A program made the translations under genes and the position numbers. Positions 1 through 8,164 of a stretch of DNA of 56,617 nucleotides are shown one piece after another (positions within the stretch are counted from its first letter, which is position 1; the number at the start of each line of letters is the position of its first letter). Location of the stretch: the NCBI GenBank assembly GCA_964431675.1, contig CAYSKR010000076.1, positions 1 to 56,617 of the forward strand. The letters are read 5' to 3'. This DNA is from an uncultured Myxococcales bacterium. Its GTDB lineage: Bacteria; Myxococcota_A; Polyangia; Fen-1088. The notes under the pieces were generated by a model. It had not been told where the DNA came from. It worked only from the letters and a program-made list of their open reading frames with translations, and did not search any database.

Positions 1-407
1 TTGACGTCGCGGTGGATGATTCCGGCCCCGTGCGCGTAGCGCAGCGCCAGCGCGACCTGCAGCGCGATCAGCGCACCGAGTTCCGGCACGGGCAGTTTCC
101 GGTTGGACAGAAACTGCTTGAGCGTGACCCCATCGATGAACTCGGTGACCAGGTAGGCCGACTCCGAGTCCGGCCCCGAGTAGTCGAAGATGTGCAGGAT
201 GTTGTCGTGCTGCAGCTTGGCCACCGCCTGGGCCTCGCGCCCGAGCCGCGCCTTGGATTCCACTTCCGACAGAAGGTGAGGGTGCAGAACCTTGACCGCG
301 ACCTCACGCTTGAGCATCTGGTCTTCGGCCCGATAGACGACCGCCATGCCCCCCTGGCCGACCTCTTCGATGACCCGGTACCGGGCAGGCAGGCGGTTTT
401 TGACCAT
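1..407 (-). CDS. Hanks-type Ser/Thr protein kinase, N-terminal part only (gene continues past the left edge)
   Basis: Absent from the ORF track because it has no stop in the window. Reverse complement from 407 reads MVKNRLPARYRVIEEVGQGGMAVVYRAEDQMLKREVAVKVL...YLVTEFIDGVTLKQFL...GIIHRDV: Gly-loop, VAVK lysine and HRD catalytic loop. Confidence 0.85.
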   Translation of the reverse strand, partial: MVKNRLPARYRVIEEVGQGGMAVVYRAEDQMLKREVAVKVLHPHLLSEVESKARLGREAQAVAKLQHDNILHIFDYSGPDSESAYLVTEFIDGVTLKQFLSNRKLPVPELGALIALQVALALRYAHGAGIIHRDV

Positions 408-578
408 GGGCACCACGACCAACGGAAATGGAGTCTCTACCGCCACGGCTGCCTTTTGGAGGAGCGCGTCAAGATGTCCATGCTACGCGGCCCGTGAATC
501 TGACACAACAGGGGGCCAACCTGGGGCAACCAGCGGCGGGTTGACGACAGGGCCCATTTTTGGGAACGTGACGAGGCG

Positions 579-2441
579 ATGGGAACACCTCCGGGGCACA
601 GCGAACAACGGACGGCAGGGCAGCTTTGGGCGTCACGGATCGCGGCGAGCGCAGATAAGGTCGGCTACCGCTACAAGTCGGGCGGCAGTTGGGTCGACGT
701 GACGTGGAAGGATGCCGACGCCTCGGCATCGCGGATCGCTGGCGGGCTGGTGGCGCTTGGCCTGCAGCCTGGCGACAAGGTCTGCATCCTGGCGCAGACA
801 CGCCTCGAATGGGTGCTTGCGGACGTCGCGATCCTCAAGGCGGGCGGTGTCTCGGTGCCGGTGTATCCGTCCAGCACCGCCCTGCAGGTGGCCTTCATCG
901 TCAAGGATTCCGGCGCGCGCTGGGTGGTGGCCGAGGATGCCGCGCAGGCCGAAAAACTGTTGCCCTTGCTGGCGAGCGGCGTTCGAGTCATTCACATCGA
1001 CGGCGACGCACGCCTCGAGAAGCCGGATGCGCGGGGCCGCACCGAGGTGAAACTCGCCGATGTCCTCGCGGCTCCAGGGGCTGCGGCCGCGCTGGTTTCA
1101 TGGCAATCGCTCATTGCCAGCGGAGGCGAATGGCTGGCCGCGAACGCCGGTGAACTGACCCGCCGCATGGAGCGCACCGTTCCCGGCGACTTGTGTACCA
1201 TCATCTACACGTCGGGGACGACCGGCAACGCCAAGGGCGTGCTGCTCACGCACGGCAACCTGGTTTCTGCGTGCGCCAGTGGCGTGCGCGCGCTGACCAT
1301 CGATGAGAACGACCTTGAGTACCTGTTCCTGACCCTGGCGCACGTCCTTGGCCGCGAGATGGAATGGACGGCGATCCTGGCCGGCACGGTGGTCGCGTTC
1401 ACCCAGGGTCTGACCAAGATCAAGGACGACCTGGTCGAGGTGCGGCCCACCTTCATGACCGGCGTGCCGCGCATCTTCGAGAAGTTTTACGCCGCCGTGC
1501 AGGCGGGCGGAAAGCAAGGTTCGCCGGTCAAGCGGGCGCTCGTGGCCTGGGCTTTCAGCGTCGGTGCCGAGTGGTCGAAGGCCACCCTCGCGGCGGGCGG
1601 TAAGCCGCCGACCGGTTGGCTTGAATTTCGCTACGAAATTGCAAACAAGCTGGTGTTCGCCAAGCTGCGCAAGAAACTCGGCCTCGATCGCTGCCGCTTT
1701 CTGATCTCGGGCGGGGCACCGCTGGCGGCCGAGATCGCCGAATTTTTCCACGCGGCGGGACTGCTGGTCCTTGAAGGCTACGGCCTCACGGAAACCGTCG
1801 GGGCGTCCTTCGTCAACCGCATCGACCGCTATCGTTTCGGCACGGTGGGTCCCGCGGTCGACGTGGTCGAGTGCAAGATCGCCGACGACGGCGAGATCCT
1901 GATGCGCGGGCCGTCTGTGTTCGCCGGTTATCACCAGAACGCCGACGCGACGTCCGAGGCGCTGGATGCTGACGGCTGGTTCCACTCGGGCGACATCGGC
2001 AACCTGGAAGACGGCTTCCTGCGCATCACCGATCGCAAGAAGGACATCATCGTGACCGCGGGCGGCAAGAAGCTCGCGCCACAGGCGCTGGAGAACACGC
2101 TCAAGGCGAGGTCCGCGCTGGTCAGCCAGGTGGTGGTGTACGGCGACAATAAGCCTTACTGCGTGGCATTGCTGACCGTTGCGGAGGACGTGGCAAAGAA
2201 ATTTGGCGGCGGCGATCCCGCGCAGGGGGCCGCGTCGAACGAGCTGCGCGCCGCGCTGCAAACCGACGTCGACGCGCTCAACGCGACGCTCGCAAGCTAC
2301 GAGAGCATCAAGCGCTTCGCCGTCCTGCCCGCCGAACTGACCGAAGCCGCGGGCGAGATCACCCCCAGCATGAAGGTGAAGCGCAAGATCGTCGCCGAAA
2401 AGTACCGCGCCCAGATCGAGGCGCTGTACGCGGGCGGGTAG
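579..2441 (+). CDS. AMP-dependent long-chain fatty acid--CoA ligase (acyl-CoA synthetase family)
   Basis: 620-aa ORF with AMP-binding signature IIYTSGTTGNAKGVLLTHGNL, YGLTET, and GWFHSGDIG...ITDRKKD. Confidence 0.9.
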   Translation: MGTPPGHSEQRTAGQLWASRIAASADKVGYRYKSGGSWVDVTWKDADASASRIAGGLVALGLQPGDKVCILAQTRLEWVLADVAILKAGGVSVPVYPSSTALQVAFIVKDSGARWVVAEDAAQAEKLLPLLASGVRVIHIDGDARLEKPDARGRTEVKLADVLAAPGAAAALVSWQSLIASGGEWLAANAGELTRRMERTVPGDLCTIIYTSGTTGNAKGVLLTHGNLVSACASGVRALTIDENDLEYLFLTLAHVLGREMEWTAILAGTVVAFTQGLTKIKDDLVEVRPTFMTGVPRIFEKFYAAVQAGGKQGSPVKRALVAWAFSVGAEWSKATLAAGGKPPTGWLEFRYEIANKLVFAKLRKKLGLDRCRFLISGGAPLAAEIAEFFHAAGLLVLEGYGLTETVGASFVNRIDRYRFGTVGPAVDVVECKIADDGEILMRGPSVFAGYHQNADATSEALDADGWFHSGDIGNLEDGFLRITDRKKDIIVTAGGKKLAPQALENTLKARSALVSQVVVYGDNKPYCVALLTVAEDVAKKFGGGDPAQGAASNELRAALQTDVDALNATLASYESIKRFAVLPAELTEAAGEITPSMKVKRKIVAEKYRAQIEALYAGG

Positions 2442-2545
2442 GGCGGGCGGCATGAAACGGCGACCAACGCGCGGTGATTGTCGCCTTCAATGCCTTATAC
2501 TGGTGTCGTTTCATGACGAGGACGACGACCGTTCGGACCACGAAG

Positions 2546-2995
2546 ATGCGTGACAGACTTGGCTCCAGCGCGCGCGGGGCAGCACTTCCCGACGGTGCGT
2601 GCTCGACGTGCGGGACGGCGTTGACCGAAACTCGAGGACGCCTCGTGCTGCCCGTGAACGGCGAAGAGATCACCGTGCCCGGTGCTCGTCATCTGCGCTG
2701 TCCGAAATGTGGTGAGGTTGTCTTGCGGCTGTCAGACGCGCGCCGCCTCAACGAAGACGCGAGCGCCATCTACAGGCAGAGGCATGACCTCCTGTCTGCA
2801 GACGAGATTCGCGCGGTTCGCGACCACTTCGCGCTCACCCAGGGAGCTCTGGCCCGGCTACTCCACCTTGGAGCCAATACGGTTTCGCGCTGGGAATCGG
2901 GGCGAAACGTCCAGACCGCCGCCATGGACGTCCTGCTCCGGCTCGTCCGCGACCTGCCGGGCAGCCTGGACTATCTGCGAAAACACGCCGCGTAG
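2546..2995 (+). CDS. MqsA/YgiT-type antitoxin-like protein (zinc-finger + XRE HTH)
   Basis: ORF 2474..2995. CSTCG...CPKCG zinc ribbon followed by LSADEIRAVRDHFALTQGALARLLHLGANTVSRWESGRNVQTAAMDVLLRL (HTH). Start uncertain (2474 GTG, 2513 or 2546 ATG). Confidence 0.75.
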   Translation: MRDRLGSSARGAALPDGACSTCGTALTETRGRLVLPVNGEEITVPGARHLRCPKCGEVVLRLSDARRLNEDASAIYRQRHDLLSADEIRAVRDHFALTQGALARLLHLGANTVSRWESGRNVQTAAMDVLLRLVRDLPGSLDYLRKHAA

Positions 2996-3018
2996 CCGCG
3001 CCGCGCGTAGCACGGCGA

Positions 3019-3234
3019 ATGGCTGGGGCCACCCACGGGGGCGACTTGATGAAGCAGCTTGGCACGCGGACCAAGGTCGAAACCGTTCGCCGCGGACTGA
3101 AGCTATTGAAGGAGACCACCGACCGGGCCGCGCTGCGCCGCTCGTATGCGCAGGCCGCGAAGGCGGTGCGGCAATCAACCCTGGCCGAGTTGGCTGAGTT
3201 GGATGCGCTGTCGGCCGAGGGCCTGGGCGATTAG
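3019..3234 (+). CDS. putative antitoxin partner of the downstream MazF/PemK toxin
   Basis: 71-aa ORF ending 8 nt before the toxin ORF. LGTRTKVETVRRGLKLLKE resembles the helical part of small VapB/DUF2191-like antitoxins. Alternative start ATG 3049. Confidence 0.55.
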   Translation: MAGATHGGDLMKQLGTRTKVETVRRGLKLLKETTDRAALRRSYAQAAKAVRQSTLAELAELDALSAEGLGD

Positions 3235-3242
3235 GCCGACCT

Positions 3243-3599
3243 GTGGGATCACCAGCACTGCGGATCAATCATGGCGCGCTCTACGCGGCGGATCTTGAGC
3301 CTCGTTTCGAGACCGAGCCGGGTAAGGCTCGTCCGGTCCTGGTTATTCAGACGGATCTGCTCAACGTCACCGGCCACCCATCAACATGGGTTCTGCCATG
3401 CACGACCAGGCTCGCTGGCGACAACGCCTTGCGCGTGCGGTTGCCCGTGGGCATCGCCGACAATTCCCGCGAGTGTGAGGTCATGATCGACCAGAGTCGC
3501 GCGATCGATAACCGTCGCTTCAAGAAGCGGTTGGGAGTGCTTCCGGCACTCCTGTTGCGCGAGGTGAAAGAAAAGATCCGCTCGCTCGGCGAGCTGTGA
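3243..3599 (+). CDS. mazF: type II toxin, PemK/MazF family endoribonuclease
   Basis: 118 aa. GALYAADLEPRFETEPGKARPVLVIQTDLLN...VMIDQSRAIDNRRF matches the PemK/MazF pattern (RPxLVIQ, DQ.R.ID). Confidence 0.85.
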   Translation: MGSPALRINHGALYAADLEPRFETEPGKARPVLVIQTDLLNVTGHPSTWVLPCTTRLAGDNALRVRLPVGIADNSRECEVMIDQSRAIDNRRFKKRLGVLPALLLREVKEKIRSLGEL

Positions 3600-3875
3600 C
3601 ACCGCGGTGGGCAGGATTGGCGCTGCCGGCGTTGATTGTCCCGACCAGTGCGCCGAGCCAGCGCACGCGCCTGTGGGGACCATGAATACCGACGTCGCGG
3701 CCCGTGAGGCCCTTTCGTCGTTGCTCTCGCGTGGGGTAGCCGATCGGGATGAACGTCCCGTATTGAAGGGACTTTCGTGGTTTCCCCAGCGGACGCGACA
3801 TCATGTTCCGGGAGATCATGCCCAGTGCAGGTCGCGCGCGCAAACACCGGGGTTCCCCATGCTACGCTTTGCCGC

Positions 3876-4952
3876 ATGTGGACGCTGATCGCGACCTTGA
3901 TCCTGGCGGCACCGGCGCAGACGTCACCGCGCCCGGCATCCGCGCCCGCAGCGAAAGAGAAATCGATGACCTACACGAAACCCTCCAGGGCAGATCTCAA
4001 GCAGCGCCTGACCGCCGAGCAGTTCGCGGTGGTTTGCAACGCCGCCACCGAACCACCGTTCCACAACGCCTTCTGGGACAAACACGACGCGGGCCTTTAC
4101 GTCGACGTGGCCAGCGGTGAACCGCTCTTCTCGTCCACAGACAAGTTCGATTCCGGCACCGGCTGGCCAAGCTTCACCAGGCCGATCGAGGCGGCCAACG
4201 TCGTCGAGAAACAGGATCGCGATCTCGGGATGGTGCGGACCGAGGCCCGGTCAAAGCATGGCGACAGCCACCTGGGCCACATCTTCAACGATGGGCCGAA
4301 GGCAGCAGGTGGCCTGCGCTACTGCATCAATTCCGCCTCGCTGCGCTTCATTCCGATGAGCAACCTGGAAGCCGAGGGTTATGGCCGATACCTGCCGCTG
4401 TTCGCGAAGGCCGGGACCGCAAAGGCCGTCGAGAAGAAGGACGCGGTGAAGGAGGGTGCGACCAGCGAGACCGTCGACCTGGCGGGCGGCTGCTTCTGGG
4501 GCATGCAGCACATCCTGCGCGGAATCCCCGGCGTGCTTCGCACGGAGGTCGGCTACGCGGGCGGTCAGGTCGCCAAGGCGAACTACGAAAACCACCAGGG
4601 CCACGCCGAGGCGGTGCGCGTGGAATTCGATCCCAGGAAGCTGTCGTTCGAGCAGCTTTTGCGCTGGTTTTTTCGCATGCACGATCCGACGACGTTGAAC
4701 CGCCAGGGCAACGATCGCGGCACCTCGTACCGTTCGGCGATCTTCTTTCACTCCGAGGCGCAGAAAAAGACGGCCGAGGCATTCATCGAGCGCCTCGCCA
4801 AGCAGGGGAAGTGGGGCGCGCCCGTCGTCACCAGCATCACGGCCGCGGGCCCATTTTGGCAGGGTGAAGCCCATCACCAAGACTACCTGGAGAAGAATCC
4901 GGGCGGCTACACCTGCCACTTCCTACGGTCCGAATCCATCCTGGGCGAATAG
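3876..4952 (+). CDS. msrAB: bifunctional methionine sulfoxide reductase, MsrB(SelR)-MsrA fusion
   Basis: ORF 3777..4952. SelR motifs [39 protein letters not shown]...[11 protein letters not shown], then MsrA motif GGCFWGMQ...YRSAIFF. Start uncertain: ATG 3876 (hydrophobic N-terminus) or ATG 3966 (MTYTKPS). Confidence 0.9.
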   Translation: MWTLIATLILAAPAQTSPRPASAPAAKEKSMTYTKPSRADLKQRLTAEQFAVVCNAATEPPFHNAFWDKHDAGLYVDVASGEPLFSSTDKFDSGTGWPSFTRPIEAANVVEKQDRDLGMVRTEARSKHGDSHLGHIFNDGPKAAGGLRYCINSASLRFIPMSNLEAEGYGRYLPLFAKAGTAKAVEKKDAVKEGATSETVDLAGGCFWGMQHILRGIPGVLRTEVGYAGGQVAKANYENHQGHAEAVRVEFDPRKLSFEQLLRWFFRMHDPTTLNRQGNDRGTSYRSAIFFHSEAQKKTAEAFIERLAKQGKWGAPVVTSITAAGPFWQGEAHHQDYLEKNPGGYTCHFLRSESILGE

Positions 4953-4978
4953 CCGAATAGCCGCCTCAGGGTCGAGGC

Positions 4979-5021
4979 ATGACATAACATATGTCATTGT
5001 GGTATCCATATGTTATGTCAT
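4979..5021. promoter_or_regulatory. inverted-repeat operator over the start of the RHH antitoxin gene
   Basis: ATGACATAACATATG (4979-4993) and its exact reverse complement CATATGTTATGTCAT (5007-5021). 4979-4997 is itself a palindrome (ATGACATA-ACA-TATGTCAT). AT-rich patch in a GC-rich genome. Confidence 0.6.
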
Positions 5022-5269
5022 CTCGCACGAGTTTGATTCTCGACGATGAGAGTCGGCGCGCGGCGCGCCAGCTTTCACATCGGTATGGGTGTTCCGTGTC
5101 CGAGGCCATCCGCCGCGCAGTCCTGCGCCAGCGGGACGACGTTTTTGGCAAGACCGTTCGCGATCGCGCACGGCGACGAAAAATCCTGACGCGACTTTTC
5201 GTGCTGTTCAAAGATTGTGACCCAGAGGAAGAGGTGGGACGCCTCAAGCGAGAAGACGATGGCTTCTAA
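5015..5269 (+). CDS. vapB: ribbon-helix-helix antitoxin (VapB-like)
   Basis: ORF 4991..5269. MSSRTSLILDDESRRAARQLSHRYGCSVSEAIRRAVL is an RHH pattern. 11-nt overlap with the PIN gene. Confidence 0.75.
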   Translation: MSSRTSLILDDESRRAARQLSHRYGCSVSEAIRRAVLRQRDDVFGKTVRDRARRRKILTRLFVLFKDCDPEEEVGRLKREDDGF

Positions 5270-5648
5270 GTTCCATCTGGACACGGACTTCCTCATCTAC
5301 GCGCTGCAGCGAGCAGGGGCCGAGCGCCGACGGATGGCGAAGCTCCTGGACCAGGATGCGGACATCCAGATCAGCGCCATCGCGTGGTACGAGTTCTCGC
5401 GTGGTCCGCGAACGCCAGAGCAGTTGGCCGTCGCACGGTCATTCTTTTCGGACGACGGCGTCGTTCCGTTTGCCGAAGATACCGCGGCCGAGGCCGCTGA
5501 AGTGTTTCGCAGACTCGGGTCGCCACGTCGCAGAGGAGCAGACATCGCCATCGGAGTCACTGCGCTGCGCGCCGGTGCGACGTTGTTGTCACGCAATCGC
5601 CGCGACTTCGCCGGAATATCCGGCCTCGATGTGGAGGAATCAGCCTGA
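5259..5648 (+). CDS. vapC: PIN-domain toxin (VapC family ribonuclease)
   Basis: ORF 5217..5648, start at M15. FHLDTDFLIYAL (first acidic residue), AIAWYEF, DIAIGVTAL..GATLLSRNRRDF are the typical PIN segments. Confidence 0.8.
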   Translation: MASKFHLDTDFLIYALQRAGAERRRMAKLLDQDADIQISAIAWYEFSRGPRTPEQLAVARSFFSDDGVVPFAEDTAAEAAEVFRRLGSPRRRGADIAIGVTALRAGATLLSRNRRDFAGISGLDVEESA

Positions 5649-5656
5649 ATCCGAGG

Positions 5657-5692
5657 TTGCTTTTCGCTGGCCATCCATCATACATTATGTAT
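5657..5692 (+). promoter_or_regulatory. promoter-like hexamers plus palindromic operator directly upstream of the CopG-like gene
   Basis: TTGCTT (5657-5662), 18 nt, TACATT (5681-5686), 6 nt, ATG 5693. Palindrome ATACAT-T-ATGTAT at 5680-5692 overlaps the -10. Confidence 0.45.
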
Positions 5693-6019
5693 ATGAAATC
5701 CATACAGGTCATGTTCGACGAACGTCTCCTGGTGGCGCTTGATCATGACGCCGAGGTGAAGCGCGATGGACGATCAGCGGTGCTCAGGCGAGCAGCCGCC
5801 GAGTACCTGAAGCGGCGACGGAGCACCTCCATCGCCGAAGCGTACCGCAAGGCATACTCGAAAGACGGCAGCCTGGGAGAAGAATTCTCAGGCTGGGAGG
5901 AGCAAGGCGAATGGCCCGCAACGGCGAAAAGATGCGAGATTTTTGCCGCGCCTTGGCGATCGCAACTGGGTGCGATGGTTGAGGGACAGTCACTTCTTCG
6001 TCGCCCTGGCGTGGCATAG
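5693..6019 (+). CDS. CopG/RHH-family antitoxin-like protein with no intact toxin gene downstream
   Basis: ORF 5657..6019, start at M13. MKSIQVMFDERLLVALDHDAEVKRDGRSAVLRRAAAEYLKRRR is an RHH DNA-binding pattern. The C-terminal ~35 aa look unrelated. Confidence 0.65.
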   Translation: MKSIQVMFDERLLVALDHDAEVKRDGRSAVLRRAAAEYLKRRRSTSIAEAYRKAYSKDGSLGEEFSGWEEQGEWPATAKRCEIFAAPWRSQLGAMVEGQSLLRRPGVA

Positions 6020-6051
6020 CCGCGCCAGGGTCGAGTTTTCCGCAGTGTTTG

Positions 6052-7089
6052 TCAGTGTGCGGCCTTGTAGTGCTCGCGGAGCAGGTCGCGGCCGAAGTCG
6101 CCCTCGAAGTCGCGCCACACGGCGTGGACGTGGTTCGCCTTGTTTTGGGTGTTGTCGTACTCGATGAGGAACGTCGGCCCCCCGATGCGGTAGTAGTGAG
6201 GCTCACCAAGGTTGGCGCCTCCAGCCCAGCCGAACCACAGCTTGTCGTAGCCCGCTTTTTTCACGCGAGCGATGCGCTCCGCAGCCAGCACAGGCACCAT
6301 CGCCGATGCGTGTTCGTTGATCAGTTGCTTGAGCGCCTCTACCTGGGCTGGGTTCAACTCTCCGGCGGGAATTCCCTCCGGTTTGAGCGCGTCGACTCTG
6401 GGCTGATTGGTCGTTACGATCTCCTTGAACGCCTCTTTCGCGAACACCGCGCGGGCTTTCTGCTTGTCGTCCAGGGACTGCAATAATTGCCGCCCCATAT
6501 CTTCCTCATGGCCCAATACGCGCCGCCCCTTGAGCGGCCCCTCGCGAACCTCGGCCGGGTTGGCGCCGAGAAATTGCGGCACGCTGGCGATCACGCCACC
6601 GGAAATGACGGTGAAATGCAGCGACACGTGGTGACCCTCGAAGCGCCACGCCCACGGTTCTTTCGTCGATGGTTTCCCGTAGATCGACAAGAAATACAGC
6701 TCGGGATCGCGTCGAATGGGATCCTTTTCCACCGCTGCGAGCTGGTTTTCCAGCTCCATGATTTGAGTGACCTTGGTGCTTCCGGCTGACGACAACGTCG
6801 TGCGCAGCAGCGCCTGCACCAGGTCGCGCTGCTTGCCGTCCATGCTCTTGAGAGGCACTCCGTGTCGGTCCGGCTTGGGCACGTAATACCACTCGCTCCG
6901 ATGCGCCTCGGCCAGGGTGAAAACGCCCTTCGCTTTTTGCTCGGGGCTCCACGACGCGACCAGTCGATTTGCCGCGTCGGCCATACTTCCCGACGTCCCG
7001 GGCGCGACGGCCCTGGCCACCACGGCCGCAGCCATCAACCCAAACGCCAGCATCCCCGGTACCAACATCCGCGAAAGTCGTTTCCGCAT
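6052..7089 (-). CDS. DUF3500-family exported protein
   Basis: ORF 6052..7221, start at M45 giving signal peptide MRKRLSRMLVPGMLAFGLMAAAVVARA. WRFEGHHVSLHF and HYYRIGGPTFLIEYDNTQNKANHVH resemble DUF3500 signatures. Confidence 0.7.
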   Translation of the reverse strand: MRKRLSRMLVPGMLAFGLMAAAVVARAVAPGTSGSMADAANRLVASWSPEQKAKGVFTLAEAHRSEWYYVPKPDRHGVPLKSMDGKQRDLVQALLRTTLSSAGSTKVTQIMELENQLAAVEKDPIRRDPELYFLSIYGKPSTKEPWAWRFEGHHVSLHFTVISGGVIASVPQFLGANPAEVREGPLKGRRVLGHEEDMGRQLLQSLDDKQKARAVFAKEAFKEIVTTNQPRVDALKPEGIPAGELNPAQVEALKQLINEHASAMVPVLAAERIARVKKAGYDKLWFGWAGGANLGEPHYYRIGGPTFLIEYDNTQNKANHVHAVWRDFEGDFGRDLLREHYKAAH

Positions 7090-7153
7090 GCCCTCAACCT
7101 CGCCCGGCGGCATTTCAAACGCAACCCTGGCGCGCGCCGTCCGATAACCTGTC

Positions 7154-7927
7154 ATGCTTTCAACCAACACGGTCCGTTGCGGCCTCTCCGCCTCGGCGGC
7201 GACCACCCGCGAAGTCTTCACCCACCTCCTCTGGCCGGCACGCTGCGTGGCGTGTACGTCGTTCGTGCCGGTGGGGGACGCGTTTTGCGAACTTTGCCGC
7301 CTTTCGGTGTTTGCGCTGTCGCAAAGTTGTGTGGCCTGCGCGATGCCCCAGGAATTCCTGGGCCACTGGTGCCCAACCTGCGCGGCGTCGCGGTTTCGGT
7401 TCTCCCGCGCCTTCGCGCCTCTGGCCTACGGCGGCGTGGTCGCCGAGGCGGTCTTGCGCCTCAAGCACGGCCGACACCGTGAAGTCGCGCGGGGCCTGGG
7501 AAAAAGCTTGGCTCCGGCACTGGTTTCCGCGGCAACGGCTGGTGTGGACGTTGTTCTACCAGTCCCGCTGCACCCGCGACGCTTGCGGCAGCGGGGCTTC
7601 AACCAGGCGCTTGATCTGCTGTGGAGCGCGCGCGACGAGGCGCGCAGTGCAGAACCGGCCCGGTCGCTGCCGCAGCCGGCCCTGTGGGTCGACGTGCTTC
7701 GCCGCGTGACGGACACCCCGGCGCTTGGACACGAATCGCCGCAAGTCCGACGCGACCGGGTGCGTGGCGCATTCGCCTTGAGCAAACCAGGCGTCGCGCG
7801 CGGCCTGTCGTTCCTGGTGGTCGACGACGTGATGACCACAGGAGCCACCCTTGATGCGTGCGCATGCACCTTGATCGACGCCGGCGCGTCGGACGTTCGC
7901 GTTGCTGCCGTCGCCCGCGCGATCTAG
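7154..7927 (+). CDS. comF: ComF-family protein (phosphoribosyltransferase fold)
   Basis: N-terminal Cys pairs (CVAC...CELC, CVAC...CPTC), LPVPLHPRRLRQRGFNQA, and PRTase loop FLVVDDVMTTGATL. Confidence 0.8.
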   Translation: MLSTNTVRCGLSASAATTREVFTHLLWPARCVACTSFVPVGDAFCELCRLSVFALSQSCVACAMPQEFLGHWCPTCAASRFRFSRAFAPLAYGGVVAEAVLRLKHGRHREVARGLGKSLAPALVSAATAGVDVVLPVPLHPRRLRQRGFNQALDLLWSARDEARSAEPARSLPQPALWVDVLRRVTDTPALGHESPQVRRDRVRGAFALSKPGVARGLSFLVVDDVMTTGATLDACACTLIDAGASDVRVAAVARAI

Positions 7928-8010
7928 AAGGCGACGCCGAGGTCGGGAAGGCGCGGCAATGCCACACCGCGCCGCCGCGAAAAAAAGAACACGAAAAATG
8001 CAACGAAGCC

Positions 8011-8038
8011 TTGACACCGCCGTCACGATATCTAACGT
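8011..8038 (+). promoter_or_regulatory. sigma-70-like promoter upstream of tRNA-Val/thrS
   Basis: TTGACA (8011-8016), 16 nt, TAACGT (8033-8038), about 24 nt upstream of the tRNA 5' end. Confidence 0.4.
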
Positions 8039-8061
8039 AGCCGACCTGATTGGAAACACCC

Positions 8062-8133
8062 AGGCACGTAGCTCAGTGGAAGAGCATCACCTTGACACGG
8101 TGGGGGTCGGCGGTTCAATCCCGCCCGTGCCTA
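8062..8133 (+). tRNA. tRNA-Val(GAC): tRNA-Val (anticodon GAC)
   Basis: Hand-folded cloverleaf: acceptor AGGCACG/CGTGCCT, D stem GCTC/GAGC, anticodon stem TCACC/GGTGG with loop TTGACAC, T stem GGCGG/CCGCC with loop TTCAATC. No encoded CCA. Confidence 0.9.
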
Positions 8134-8164
8134 CGCGACCTGGCCGTGTCCGGTTGAGAAACTC

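Noticed and set aside
12-497. 161-aa plus-strand ORF at the left edge.
   Set aside because: It is antisense to a clear Ser/Thr kinase N-terminus (GQGGMAVVY...VAVK...HRD) read on the minus strand. It has no motifs of its own.
3607-3888. 93-aa ORF, and the 6-bp GC hairpin GTGCGC-N7-GCGCAC at about 3648-3666, in the mazF-msrAB gap.
   Set aside because: The ORF has no motifs, mediocre third-position bias and no ribosome-binding site. The hairpin has no U-tract, so I do not call a terminator.
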